Shown in pieces: positions 12,376-25,900 of a stretch of DNA of 64,000 bases. Location of the stretch: assembly GCA_020137815.1 (NCBI GenBank), contig CM035362.1:248001-312000 (forward strand), given 5' to 3'. The notes below the pieces were generated by a model. The model ran no database searches and had not been told where the DNA came from. It saw nothing but the letters and a program-made list of their open reading frames with translations. Position numbers and translations under genes: made by a program. This stretch comes from Hormiphora californensis (taxonomy: Eukaryota; Animalia; Ctenophora). Each line of letters starts with the position of its first letter. Position 1 is the first letter of the stretch.

Positions 12376-12894
12376 CCCAATACTGACACACAGAGAGAAA
12401 GAGAGGGAAAGTGAGAGAGATATGACAAATGAAAGGAAGCGACGCTATCTCGACAACAAAAACTACGCTTTTCGATTTTGAGAGAAATCAAGTCAGTTGG
12501 TAAAATTTAGTCCATTCATGGTATGGGCGATTCTACAACGATTTGACAAAACTGAAAACTGATAACAAGATGAAAACTGATAACGGAAAACAGTGATTTA
12601 CTAAACAAAGTGGCAAACAAGATCGCATGTGACTCTTCGCACTTTCTCCTGCTGTTCTTCTCTCTTCCTCTCCCGCTATCTCCTCTCTCATTCCCTCTAT
12701 CTCCCTCTATCTCTCTCTCTCATTCTCTCCATCTCACTCTCACCTACTCCCTCTCTATATGCTTCTCTCTTCCTACCAGATAAGAGCTTCCGCTAAGCAC
12801 CACCACGCGTCTAAGAGCTTGCAATAACTCGATGGCCGTTTTACGTTATTGCATCCCCTATCACATGATGGTCCTTAGAGCTTCAGCTTCACTA

Positions 12895-13005
<111 letters not shown>

Positions 13006-13557
13006 CCTCTCTATCTATCGTTTTTTCAGTCACGTGACCTATACTGGGACTTTCTCTCACCCTCCCAATCCTCCCTTCGCTCTAGTATCTCTAGTATATT
13101 CACGTGAAGGGGTTTCATCCGCCCCGCACGTAAAATTTGCTTTGTCCCTTCCCGGAAAGGGGGAACGGGGAGGAGGAGGGGGAGGAGGATATCATTCTAT
13201 TTTCCCTCTTTTGTTTTTTTCCCCCTCTTCTTTTCCCCCTATTCTTTTTTTTTTTTTTTTCTTTTAAAAATCTCTTCTTCTCTCCTCTCCCCCTATTTCT
13301 TTCCCCCTCTCTTTTCTGTCCCTCTCTCCCCCCTTTTCTCTTTTTCCCTCTCTATCACCCCACTCGTGAGAATTTCCTCTTTTCCCGTTTACGGGAGCGT
13401 GCAAACCTCCCCCAAAATTCGTTCCCGATGATAGGGGGAGATAGAGAAAAAGGGGGGGGAGGGAAAGGGGGAGAGAGGGGGGGAGAGGGGGGAGGGAGAG
13501 AGAGAGAGAAAGAGAGATAGGGGAGAGAAGGAGGGGGGAGGAGGGGAAGAGGGGAGG

Positions 13558-13610
<53 letters not shown>

Positions 13611-15566
13611 TATCACGTGATTATGGATTCTTGCCCCTCCAAAAGACACAACATATCACGTGCCCGGAGTTGAGAGACAAATTAGACAAAGAAGCGATTT
13701 CCTAGCCCTCACCCATGCAGTGTGTCAACTGATCAAAACAGGAGGGGGGTATAGACAGGGTTTAGCTAACACACAGATATTACAAATATGTTGAAGTTAC
13801 AACTAACACAGCATTCGCCTGACAGTACGTTACAGCCAACAAATCAAACAATATGTCGTAGTCCGCAGTAGATACAGGCTTCCTTTCAGAGCTCTCCACT
13901 AGGCCCGACGGATTTTCGAAATCTAGGCCTCTGATTGGTTCGTGCACCGAAAAATGACTAAAAATGAAGGGGCTCATGCCCAAAAGATTGAAAGCTTATT
14001 CCGGATGCGTTAGATTCGTCTCGAAGAGGTGATTCAGAAAAGCTCCATTCTCCTAGGGGGTTCCAGAGCACAGCCAGGCCCGTACAGCGGGGCTATGATT
14101 TGTTTTGCAAATATAACAGCCCTAAACTGTCAATGTTATAGTTGGTTTCAGTTCGAAACGACAAGGCTGTCTCCTGACACACACATACATCTAATGTCTG
14201 TCATAATTACTGATTAGTTTGCAGTGGGGGACTGTGCTGCAGTACACTATTAACACGTCCCCATGATGGACCCCCCGGCCCGTAGTGGGACGCTGCTGGC
14301 TGAGTGTACACAGGAATCAGTTATCAGTCAGAGAAATATAATGTCACGTACATAACAAGTTGTGGAAATATGCGATTTCAAAAAGAATGGGTCACCATCC
14401 TTCTTTCTCTCAGTCGACCTCTCTTCCTCCCTCTCCCTCCCTCTCGTGCTCTCTCTTGCTCTCTCTTCCTCCATATCGTGCTCTCTCTTCCGATTCCCAT
14501 CACCTAACGCACGTGTGCCAAATCTGCCAAAAAGTGTCAATTGAGTAGCATTGGGTCGAGTGTTCGAGAGGGAGAGGGAGAGAGAGGGAGATACATATGA
14601 GAGAGAACCCCTGACTATCCTGGCCCTCGAGGCTCCTCTCTCGAGTCGAGGGAAGTGGTTTTGTAATACTATGATGTTGGAAATCATAGAGATATACAGT
14701 TCGTGTCACAATTATTGGTTCATAATCGACTCCCAGATCCTACAAAGAATGCATATTTAGTGTATCTCGAATAGTGAGCAATTGAGCTAATGAGCATGTA
14801 AGCCTATAAATTATAATATGATTATTGATTAAAAAGGCGAAGGGAAGCATTATATATCTCGATTAGGGCATGTCGAAGATAATCTATGTCGACAATTGCA
14901 CACTAAACTTGGTGCTTAGATAACCTCCGGTAAGACACAAGTATAGCAAGGGCGGGGGATATGAGACAGAACTAAACTATTTACAACTAAACTATAATTA
15001 CGACTATACAATTTCTAAATAATGAATTTTATCTTTGGTAGTACCATGGAGTATTCTAGTAGAAAATTAATTTGAAAACTATACCTATAGCTTGTTAGAC
15101 TAGTTATCCCCTGCTATATTCTGTTGAAACTAATTGGAACATAGTGTTTCAGGTCGTGTTAATTAATGACGAAGTATCCACACCCTACTGCAGTATCATA
15201 TCACTGTGTCGCAAAGTCACCATGTTGGCAAGTATGAACTGTCTTTTCTCTCTATCTTTTTCTCTCTATCTTATTTCCTTCTCTCTATCTTTTTCTCTCT
15301 ATCTTTTTTTCGTTCTCTCTGTCTTGTCACTATATTCCCTCCCTTTTTGGCTTTTACATGTCTCTCTCTTTTCTCTCCCCATTTCCTATCTTTTCATTGG
15401 CTAAAACGCCATCTTACATGGATGGCAAGGGCAAGTATTCACGTAGCGTTCCTCATTCCGATCACGTGTGTTTCGAACAACCCACAGAAGGTCTAAAGGT
15501 ACTGAAATGTACTGAAATGTACTGAAATGCCAATTCAGGAACGCGCCGAATGGTTTTCCTGTGCTA

Positions 15567-15953
15567 CTGTAAAACTAGATATTTTCGAGGCAATTAATTT
15601 TCGCGATTCGATCAAAATTTACTATTTTCGCGATTTTAATTTTCGCTAATCTCACTGCTACCCCCATATCACGGTCCTAGCCTATTGTCTAATTAATAAT
15701 AAAGAGTGTTATTTCATTTATAATTGTTACATTTTTAGTAATATGTTTAATATTTCAATTACAATTTCTGATCTGATGAACCGATTGTCGTTGACTTAGT
15801 ACTAAAAGTAAAAATGTGTCATCCTGAAATAACTTGCACGAGCTTTCTGTAAAAAATCGTCCAAAATATTTTCGCGGAATTAATTTTCGCGGATTTTCCA
15901 GCCAAAAATAAAGAGCGAAAATAAAAATCTCACGAAAATATCTAGTTTTACAG
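15567..15953. mobile_element. Tc1/mariner-pogo-type MITE
   Basis: TIR CTGTAAAACTAGATATTTTCG / CGAAAATATCTAGTTTTACAG flanked by TA on both sides; subterminal AATTTTCGCG repeats. Confidence 0.8.
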
Positions 15954-16396
15954 TAATTACATTTCAGATCGTTAGTGCGCGCCGACCGTGGGAACTTTTA
16001 AATCTTGACCGTGTGAAAAACACCCAGAAACCGGTGAACCATTCGTCCCGTTTTTAACACAGTCAGAGACAATACGAACAGTTCAATCAATTCTGTATTA
16101 TTGAGTTATCAGAGCTATGACTCATGACTCATCTCCATACAATTAATTTTAGGCTACAACTCATAGGGCGGACAGGCACCTGTAATACCTGTCGGGCCCT
16201 TATGATGACAGCTGTATTATAAAACTATAAAAAAAAGATAGCATATAATGAGGACAGATGCTGGAATCGGTATAACTCAAACGGAGGAATCTTTTCCCGT
16301 GTGATCACGTGTCCAATTCTATCGTTCTTACCGGTTCAGTGATCACTTCGTGATTTCTGTCTTCTCACTCTCTCTCTCTCTCTATCTATCTCTCTA

Positions 16397-16464
<68 letters not shown>

Positions 16465-16477
16465 TCTATCTCTCTCA

Positions 16478-16584
<107 letters not shown>

Positions 16585-16710
16585 CCCCCTCTCTCATCCC
16601 AGTAACGCCCCACAGCTGGAACTTTTTTAATCACATGGAGATGGGGAGGAGGAGGTTAAAAACCAGAGGATTGGGTTGGGCACCTCAGTAATATATTTGT
16701 AATTCTCGAT

Positions 16711-19700
16711 ATGATGTCTCTAGTGGTATTCCTTCTAGTACTCTTTGGTAAGTATCAACTGACATATCGTCATCTCAACAAATACTCCTTTTTACTTCTT
16801 TTAATTCAAACCACAAGGGGTCGTTCAAACATATATATATCGTCCCTTTTTTACTTGTAGTTAATAAGTCTCTACTGCCTATATAATAGAAGAAGTCTCA
16901 ACTATCTAAAATAGAACCCTTGAACTAATGCTGGTTTCCCATTATTTCAGGAAATGGTCTGTGCCAGTTTGAGGAAAAGAAGAGTGTGCCAGTTCGAGCC
17001 AAACCCAGCCGTATGTGTGAGAATGGGGAACCAGAGATCGTCAGGAAACCTGAGGTAAACTAGATAAACTGGGTTACCATTTAGTTAGGGGACTAATTAG
17101 CAAACCTACTGGGAAATCATCCATGAAAAAGGTTACTAAATGGGAATGTGGTCCCAATGGACCTTTCTAACGAATACCGATTACATAATACACGACCACT
17201 TTCCAGCCAATGTACCTGGTCAAGAAACTGGGCGACTCTCTGAAAATTGAGTGTGTAGCCTACGGACTGCCCTCTCCCCTCGTCTACTGGGTCAAGGGCA
17301 AGATGGACCTGACAGAGAACGAGAAGCGGAATCCCTGCTACGGGTATTGGTGCGAGTATCCTGTACTTTGATAGTATCGAGACTGATGATATCGACTATT
17401 ATACCTGTGTTGTTGAGGATTGCTGTAGGGGTAAGTCAAGGGGGATCTGAGAGGTGCTCATAGGGTTGGGATAATGTTTGTTCGTGGATATATATTCGTT
17501 TTTTAGGATAAACCAATTCGTAGTTGACGGATGGCGTTATTTCAAAATGACAGAGTAGAAAAGAGTTTTTACACTTTACAGGAAAAGATTGGTGACGCAG
17601 TCACTCTTACAACTCCCGCACGTATCTGAGTTGTAAGAGAGGCGCCACCAAAGGTAGATATCTACATTTCCTCACATTTCAGGTTCTGTACAGTTATTTG
17701 AGACTGAGATAAGATTGGAAATAAACGCACAGTGTACACGAAGACGTGAGTTGTTAATAGTTAACCCCGAGCTACATACGTCTCATTTGATTCACTTCCA
17801 CACATTGTATCAGTAAAACGAGGAGGAGTACCCAGTAAATCATGTTCTGTCTGGCGCCGCCGACCCCATCTGAGCACACTGTCAAATTGGGGTCTGGCTC
17901 GGCCAGGCAGATCGTATTCAAAAAAATTTAGTTCCAAAAATCACTCTCATGGCATACATTCAAGTCCTATCTTCATGGTAAACTACCCTGAGTTTTGGTA
18001 ACCATAGCAAGATTTTAGTATGAGGTTTGGTAACCATAGCAATGTTTTAGAAAGAGTTTTGGAAACCATAGCAACATTACACGTGACCTCGCAGCAAGGT
18101 AGCATTCTCGTCTGTAGGTTGGTCCATTGAAGTGGAGGGAGGACGTGGTCTTTCTTTTGAGGGCAGGCACAACATTCTCCATGCGTATCTTGATTTGGGA
18201 GAGGATTGTTAGGGTCTAGGGGCTGCAAGCATTTGATCCGAGAGGTGTCAAAGAGAGAAATAAATGGAATGAGAAGGGAATGAGACAATACAGGCAATTG
18301 GCAAATTAAGGGACCAGAGGGCGGACAGAGAAGGATACGATAAATTCATCAATTACATAAAAAGCGATCGGAATGATGACCCCAGTTCGCTAGTTCTAAT
18401 TGAAACATTTAGCTATATCTCACCTGCAATTCCTCCTCATTTTTGTAGATCTAAACTGGATAGCAGCGAAGAAGATCCCATCCATATAGGACAGAAAGCG
18501 TGCCAGTACCATATAACATATAGGATGCATGTGAGGTAGGACATCCCTGTGATTCTTCAAGACGGTACATGTCATGTCCCCATAGGCGAAGAGGGCATTG
18601 GATAACACTCCAAATAAGCAGCTGAGACCAATTGTAGTGGTCACGAACTTGCTGATTGTATCGGGGTCTGCAGAACTAGGAGGCAGTAGAAGGTAGAGGG
18701 TGAATGCAATGATTAGCAAACCAAGCTCAGTGAAGGTGATAATTCCAGCTATTGGCAGCTCCGTATAATTCCCATCATGTCGGTGTCCTAACTCCTTCAC
18801 CAGGATGAGTTGTGCCACAGTCAGAATACCACAAATCACAACCCAGAGTACGCCCAACCGGTTTGTTAGAGGTGCCCTGCCTGTGGGGTACCAATCTAGA
18901 AAATCACAGGCGAATGTAGAGCTGCGAGCAGCGCCTTTTAGGAAGCAGTGTGTCATGTAAAACGATAGGAACAGCCTGAAATGCAGAGATATGTTACATG
19001 CCCAAATATAGAATGTGTTATGCCCAAATATGGAGTGTGTCACGCATTACATTACCATATACGGTGAAGTCTTACTTTAGATATTGTGAGATGAACAAGA
19101 TGGACCAACTGCACCATTCTACTACCCTTAGGAAGGCTGTGCTGGTAAAATCAATCTCACCCCTACTCCACAACATTTCAGTTAGTCGGAAGCACATCAT
19201 CCCATTTAGAAAATCCAGGGCATGCACCGTCATGAAAACAATTCCAATTCCGTTCTGTTGGAAGAAGTAGAAGTTGCCAATGAAGGCGTTAGGAGATACG
19301 ATGAGTAGGGCCAGTCCCAAGATAGGGGAGACCCATTTGACGAATCCAAGGGATCCCTCGCAGAAGGGTGAGGTTAGATCAGAGATATTTTCTGGTGGTA
19401 TTGATACCTCCAGGTGGGTGCCGTTTAGATCACAAAACATGCTTCTAACAAGGGTGGCAAGTTAGAGGTTGACTAGACTGTGTTTCGGGCGACAAATGTA
19501 AAGGGAGGGTTAGAACATAACAAGCAGGTTAGAGGGATACCAAGCGACTATATCGTGACATGCGTCAATGCGATGTGGTCGACACTTGTGATTTGTGGAT
19601 GCTCGTGAAATGACACAAAACATATCGCAAACTGTTGTTATAACTGCGGACACAATACACACAGAAAACTTGCTATTGAAGATATTATATAAGATAAGAA

Positions 19701-21742
19701 GGGTTTTATAAAAGTAGATTTTATTTCAAGGTGACGTCCCATTTATGGGAAAGAGATTCTCTCGGAAACAGAGGTTAGATAAGCAAGCAGCTAGAAAGAC
19801 ACTGGGTGCTATAATATTTCACCTTCCCTCATGATATCAATGTTCACTTTTTGCTTTTGTTTTTATTCTTTTGTAGTAGCAGTAACAGTACCACCCCTTC
19901 TCTCCCTCCCATTACCACTCTCTCCCCCAGAGTCGGCTGGCTACTTCTGGGCCACTGTACCCCCTCACCCTCTCTCTCTCTCTCCCCTCAGAATCGGCTG
20001 GCTACTTTTGAACCACTGTACCCCCTCACCCTCTCTCTCTCCCCCAGAGTCGGCTGGCTACTTCTGGACCACTGTACCCCCTCTCTCTCCCTCTCTCTCT
20101 CTCTCTCCCTCTCCCCTCAGAGTCGGCTGGCTACTTTTGAACCACTGTACCCCCTCACCCTCTCTCTCCCCTCAGAGTCGGCTGGCTACTTTTGGACCAC
20201 TGTACCCCCTCACCCTCCCCCTCCCCTGACCCTCTTTCTCTCCCCCAGAGTCGGCTGGCTACTTCTGGACTATTGTCTGGGACTACAAAAGTTGGTCAGA
20301 TGCCAAGGAGTTCTGTGAAGGCCACAACATGGAGTTGGGTGAGTAAAGGATGGTGGTAATATCACCTTGTCACCATGACAACATGGAGTTGGGTGAGTAA
20401 AGGATGCCCCGGTGGTGATTATCATCACCATGACAACATATCACCATGACAACATGAGCACCATGACAACATGAGCACCCTTCCTTTTAATCTCTATACC
20501 TTGGGCGGGGGTCAAGTGTACTACTAAGTACTAATAGGGGCTGGGTTTCCGTCAAAAGTTTATCCAATCAGGGACGGGTACCACGGGCTTCATTATTGAT
20601 CAAGCTCTCAGTCCCTCATCCTCAGGCGTCCTACTCATTTTAGTTCTGTTCGATTTAAATATCACATTTAGGGCCATTCAAATCAAAATAATGCCATTGC
20701 TAGGATAATCGTTTTAATCACTTGAAGTGATGGGTCACATAACGATAGAATAAAATGGAATCATATGTCCTTTGAACATACCGATTTGATATTTTAGTCA
20801 CATAGAAGTCAAACTAGAATCTAGATTCATGATCAGATCAAAGTCAGCCAAACTTCGATGTATGTATATTCTTGTTCCGTACGATGAGAGTTTCGCCTTT
20901 TTTCATGTTCCTTCCCATTCCTTCCTGAATAAATTTAATCCACACTCCATATCACTGTCAAAGCAGAAAGTTTAACACTCTCCTGTGTAACTAAAAGGAT
21001 TCCCCTCACCCCCTTCCCAATGTTACAGCGGTGCCCAAGAATCAGTGGCAGAACGAGCAGCTGCATGCGGTGATCAAGGAGACCATGGGATCAGATCCTA
21101 ACGGAAAGAAGTTCGCTCATCATAACATGGTAACCATGACAACCACATGAATTGTGATCCCCCTTTTGTTTATATCCAGTTGTGAAAATCCCGTGAAAAC
21201 CGAACCCCAGCTTGATTGTCTCTCCAATCTCCATTACATACTCCCTCCCTGTTATCATTGCCTCCCCCACCCCTGTTATCATTGCCCCCCCCCCTAGGTG
21301 TGGATGGGTATATCTGATGGTGTCGTTGAGGGAGGGTTCTCAGATGTTAACACCCGGAAACCCATCTCCTACAGCAACTGGTTACCTAAACAGCCTGATA
21401 ACTGGAAATTCCATGATGAAGAAGGTATATAAAACTGTTCAATCTCTACTCTAAAATTCGCTTTCTGATTCTATCGCTTTTTAGTTTTTTGGCCATCATG
21501 ATTTAGCCACATTTTGTTTAATCGTGTCCAAAGTTTGGACTCCAAATTTTGGTGGATCTGAAAGTGATCCGGTTCATTTTGCAGAACATTACAACTGTTC
21601 ACCTCTCACAGGTCAAGATGTGGTTGCCATGGATAGAGTCTCAGGAGAATGGGACGATAGCTATGGATTCTGGAAGCGACCATTCGCCTGCTACTGCCCT
21701 CCCCGAAATGAACGAGGCAAGAAGAAACGATCCTCCGAGTAA
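16711..21742 (+). CDS. Secreted protein with signal peptide, Ig (I-set-like) domain and C-type lectin domain; +1 frameshift in the Ig exon
   Basis: Exons 16711-16747 (MMSLVVFLLVLF), 16951-17054, 17207-17430 (GDSLKIECVAYGLPSPLVYWVKG ... ASILYFDSIETDDIDYYTCVV), 17683-17745, 20249-20338 (KSWSDAKEFCEGHNMEL), ~21028-21129, ~21298-21424 (VWMGISD..YSNWLPKQPDN), ~21612-21742 (GEWDD..KRPFACYC). All junctions are GT-AG. The two halves of the Ig exon are out of frame by 1 nt. Confidence 0.85.
18420..19440 (-). CDS. Divergent seven-transmembrane receptor (GPCR-like, ~306 aa), nested antisense in the Ig-lectin gene intron
   Basis: Two exons, 19440-19076 and 18975-18420, joined in phase 2 (GTAAGA..TTTCAG). 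Seven hydrophobic segments, N-terminal N-glycosylation sequons (NGT, NIS), TM1 Asn, TM2 ALD, and a basic helix-8-like RSTKMRR. Lacks DRY and NPxxY. Confidence 0.75.
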
Positions 21743-22972
21743 ACCTTGAAATTTGAACTGTAGACTTTGTGGTGACATTTTTTGTTGAATTTGACAATTT
21801 CAATTGTTTGATTGCTATACCATGCTTTTTCTCATTCAAATTACTGAGTTTTATTCGTTAGGCTGAAAATCTTGCCACATCTCGTCCTGTACTGCAGCTA
21901 ATGGACTAGTCTCTGTAGCGCGTGAAGTTTTTGAATCTACACTGCAAACCACGCCGCGCAATTATGAAATGTAGTGCGCGTCAAAATTCATTTTTTTTAT
22001 TTATGACTCAATTTTCAAGTGTAAAAATTTCAAAACTTTTTTAGTTCGGCCGTCATCTGGTCGGTTTTATTCCCGACTCCCGTCTGTTATGGTGGCTGTT
22101 ACTAGCTGAAGTGAACTAAATACAGAACAAATTAATGCATTATTCTGCAGATTTGGCCTTTGTTTTTGGTAGATCCATTAGTTTTCCCGAATTAGAAACT
22201 GATCACAGATCAATCCGCCTGGTGACCCACCACACAGACGTTGTGATACGTCCCCAGATAACTGCATCGAACACCGTCATAACTGACTGTATCTATAATA
22301 TGTTAAACATAACGCCGACGATTGTACAGGATCTAGAAAGTGTGCTGTGTGACACAAGCTGTTCAAAGACCATGATTCATCATTCATGAATGAAAATAGT
22401 TGTCGACCCTCGTCAACCACCATTGACCATTATTGTCTAAAACGTTGTAACTTCACCGTGTGCTTTTCTTAATAAATTCTCGACGTTTGACACAATCCTG
22501 TTGAAAACTTTTGGTACTTTTGGCACTGAGTGTTACTTTTTATCTCTATTTCTTGTACTTTGAGTTATGCGATGTTGGCCTAAGAGCAGTGTTCTAGGCC
22601 GTGACCTAATTCCCTAGCCCTGTTGTATTTTACTTTCACCCTCTTGCTTCTCCTTACATCGTGCGGCTTGTGGGTCCCAACGATAGTCTCTGATCTCTGT
22701 TACTCGTCGGATCTTTCTGTCTTTTTTCGAAATTACAGTACTACTTATTCCTCAAGAGTCAAGAATCGAGATATTGAGCATCCGTTTTACTAAAAGACGT
22801 GTGTAACACACTGGTCACTGTATGCATTTGTTGTTTCTACGATTAAAATCCAGTTTCAAGTTCCATCTCTGTCTGTTAAGTGCCTGGTGGAGGCCGCACC
22901 GCCACCAGGCACCTAACTTTCGGGCAATTCATTACATCTCTAAATAATAATAATACCTGTTAGGTGCAGCAC

Positions 22973-25900
22973 ATGGTCCAGAGCTGTGACCTCATTATGG
23001 AGCTGAACTCACCTGTCAGCAAAAATGTCAAGGTAAGAACCGGGCCACCACTCACCAGTATACTGGCTCCCCCTCACATATGGCCACTAGGTAGCGTCCC
23101 ACTCCCGCCATTAGCAATACACCCCCTCAACCCACGAGGTGGGTGGTAATTACTAAGCAGGCACCGCTAGTGATACGCTGGCTCCCCTTCAACCCCTTTA
23201 GCTGGCCGCCCTTTTTCACCACCTTTCCGGAGTTTTGTTTTATCTGACCACTATGTGGGACACATGAAGTTTGTAGCCCGAATCTTTGGGGTCTAAGCAA
23301 GGGCACAAGAAGTGAACAATGTTAGTGTTGGATCAAGTTAAACACTTAATTTCTTGGGCAGGAGTCCAACTGATTTGTTCGGTTTGTTCTATACCTTAGC
23401 GCTACTTTGATTTGGTGAACTACAGGATGTTTCACCTCCAAGTCCCCCTACTGCTTCCAAAGAATTAACACGCTCTTGTTTAGGGGGTTGTGTTACAATA
23501 TGTCATACATGTGCAACTAAAATACTCCCTGCACTTTTAATAAAACACCTGTTAACAATAATCGAGGGGTTATTATACGGACTCTCCCGCCCGATATAGA
23601 TCTTTGTAGATGTATCTCTCATAACTCATTATCAACCTGATCTCTCCCAATTGCTAGATCACGTCATAGCTCCTTGGGACTTGGGTTCCCCTCGCAGCCC
23701 GCAGGCCAACATAGTATGTGAAATGTGTACCAGCTGCCATGTTTTAGTAAAGACCTAGGTCGAGGGAAATACACAGTCAGACCATCTATCTTAAGAGAAT
23801 ATCCCCTCTTTTACCTAGATATTATCGCATACCTCTCACTCTCGACCTTTTATTTCTCACCCTCTTCTCCCCATCCACACTCCTCTCTCCCCATCCCCAA
23901 TCCCTCCCCCCTCCAGGTGGCTGTACCGACAGAGGAGCAGAAGAGAATCGCCTCTTCTCACCCCTCTCTACCTCGCCCTTCTCCCCTCCCTCATCCACCC
24001 CGCACTCCTCTCTACCTCACCCTCTCCTCACTCCTCTCCCCATAGATCCCTCATCCACTTCTCCATCTTCTCCCCATCTCTCTATTTTCCAGGTGGCTGT
24101 ACCTACAGAGGAGCAGAAGCGAATCGCCCAGTTGTCCAGCATTGAGCGGATTGACAAACTCCAGGACACATACATCAGTTATATGGTAGACATAACCAAA
24201 AAGTCACAAGAGGAATGTGCCATGCAGCTAGCAATGACGGATATGAACGTTGAACTTGCTATCGAAAATCTAATTGATGGTAAGTGATATAGTTGATATG
24301 TTGAGAATTGATGGTAAGTGATATAGTTGATGTGTTGAGAATTGATGGTAAGTGATATAGTTGATATGTTGAGAATTGATGGTAAGTGATATAGTTGATG
24401 TGTTGAGAATTGATGGTAAGTGATAAAGTTGATATATTAGTTCAGCAAATCAAGTAGTGGGTTGTGTACTACACAACCCACTACTTGATTTGCTGAACTA
24501 ATATATCAACTTTATGGTTGCTAAGTTGAAATTTTTGAATACTCAATTTTAAAGTCTTGCACATGTATTGGGATGTTCTATGAACTAATTTCCGTGTTTT
24601 GAAATTTTAAAATTTTAAAATTTTTTTTCGATTTTTTCCCGATTTTTCACCAAAAACAAGGGTCACAAAAGTGGCTTGCGATCCTTAGTGGCTCAACCGT
24701 TTGGGCTGAAACTCCGGATATCTGTAGATAATTACCCAATAAATAACAGGAAATATGATTCACATCGATATTTGACTATAAAGACCCAATTTTATACTAT
24801 ACAACCGTATGTACACGAATACAACCCATGTGCACTGCAATAAACAGCAAAAACAAGGGTCACAAAAGTGGCTTGCGATCCTTAGTGGCTCAACCGTTTG
24901 GGCTGAAACTCCGGATATCAGTAGATAATTACCCAATGAATAACAGGAAATATGATGCATAGCGATATTTGACTATAAAGACCCAATTTTATACTATACA
25001 ACCGTATGTACACGAATACAACCCATGTGCACTGCAATAAACAGCAAAAACAAGGGTCACAAAAGTGGCTTGCGATCCTTAGTGGCTCAACCGTTTGGGC
25101 TGAAACTCTGGATATCTGTAGATAATTATTTAGAGCAAAAACTAATTGAAATTAGTTCGCCAGAAAGGTGGCCCATTTTGAACTTACTGTGGGGTTAGAT
25201 GAGTGTCAGATGAGTGTTATTTATTAGTATTCCAGTCACAGTGATTGCGAGCTGTCTGCAAGTTTCTATTCTGCACTACTCATTAAAACCCATGAACAAC
25301 CTTGACCCTTGTTCTGAGAAGCAGCTATTGTTTCCAGACGTTTAGGACTCTTTACAGCTTAGAACCCCGCTTGGAACTGCACAGTTCTGGTGCAGTTCAT
25401 TTACATCATAAAGGGAGCTTGCAAAACGTCTAGCTGTTTCAGATCCTTACTCGCTGCCTTGCTAACAATAGAACAGCACGCTTATTGGTTCACATCTAGG
25501 TTCAGCTGAGATGATTGGTCACTAGGTTCTTATCACGTGATTAAGTTTTCTTGTATATTATAGAGGTTAGAGCCGAGGGAGATTCAGAGTCTAGGGAGAA
25601 CTTCTCGATTCAGACAGCTTTGATATGTTTCAACATTATAGTTCTACAGCTTGAAAACTATAAAACTTTGTGTTTCAATTCTACTACCACTAGACGAGCA
25701 GCCTAGGCACAGCCACTAAACACCCGGCTGTGTGTCCTACATTTATGGTGCTGTAACCAGGATCACTCAGCAGCCAGGAGATCGAGGCATCAGGAGAAAC
25801 AGCAGCCAGGAGACCGAGGCATCAGGAGAAATAGCAGCCAGGAGACCGAGGCATCAGGAGAAACAGCAGCCAGGAGACCGAGGTAAAGACAGAACCGCGA

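Noticed and set aside
13130-13560. Mirror pyrimidine/purine tracts as a structured element
   Set aside because: Irregular homopolymer-rich sequence that looks like degraded microsatellite or low-quality consensus; no specific feature is supportable.
24241-25130. Regular direct repeats resembling a CRISPR array
   Set aside because: Units are head-to-tail with no unique spacers, there are no cas genes, and the context is a eukaryotic intron.
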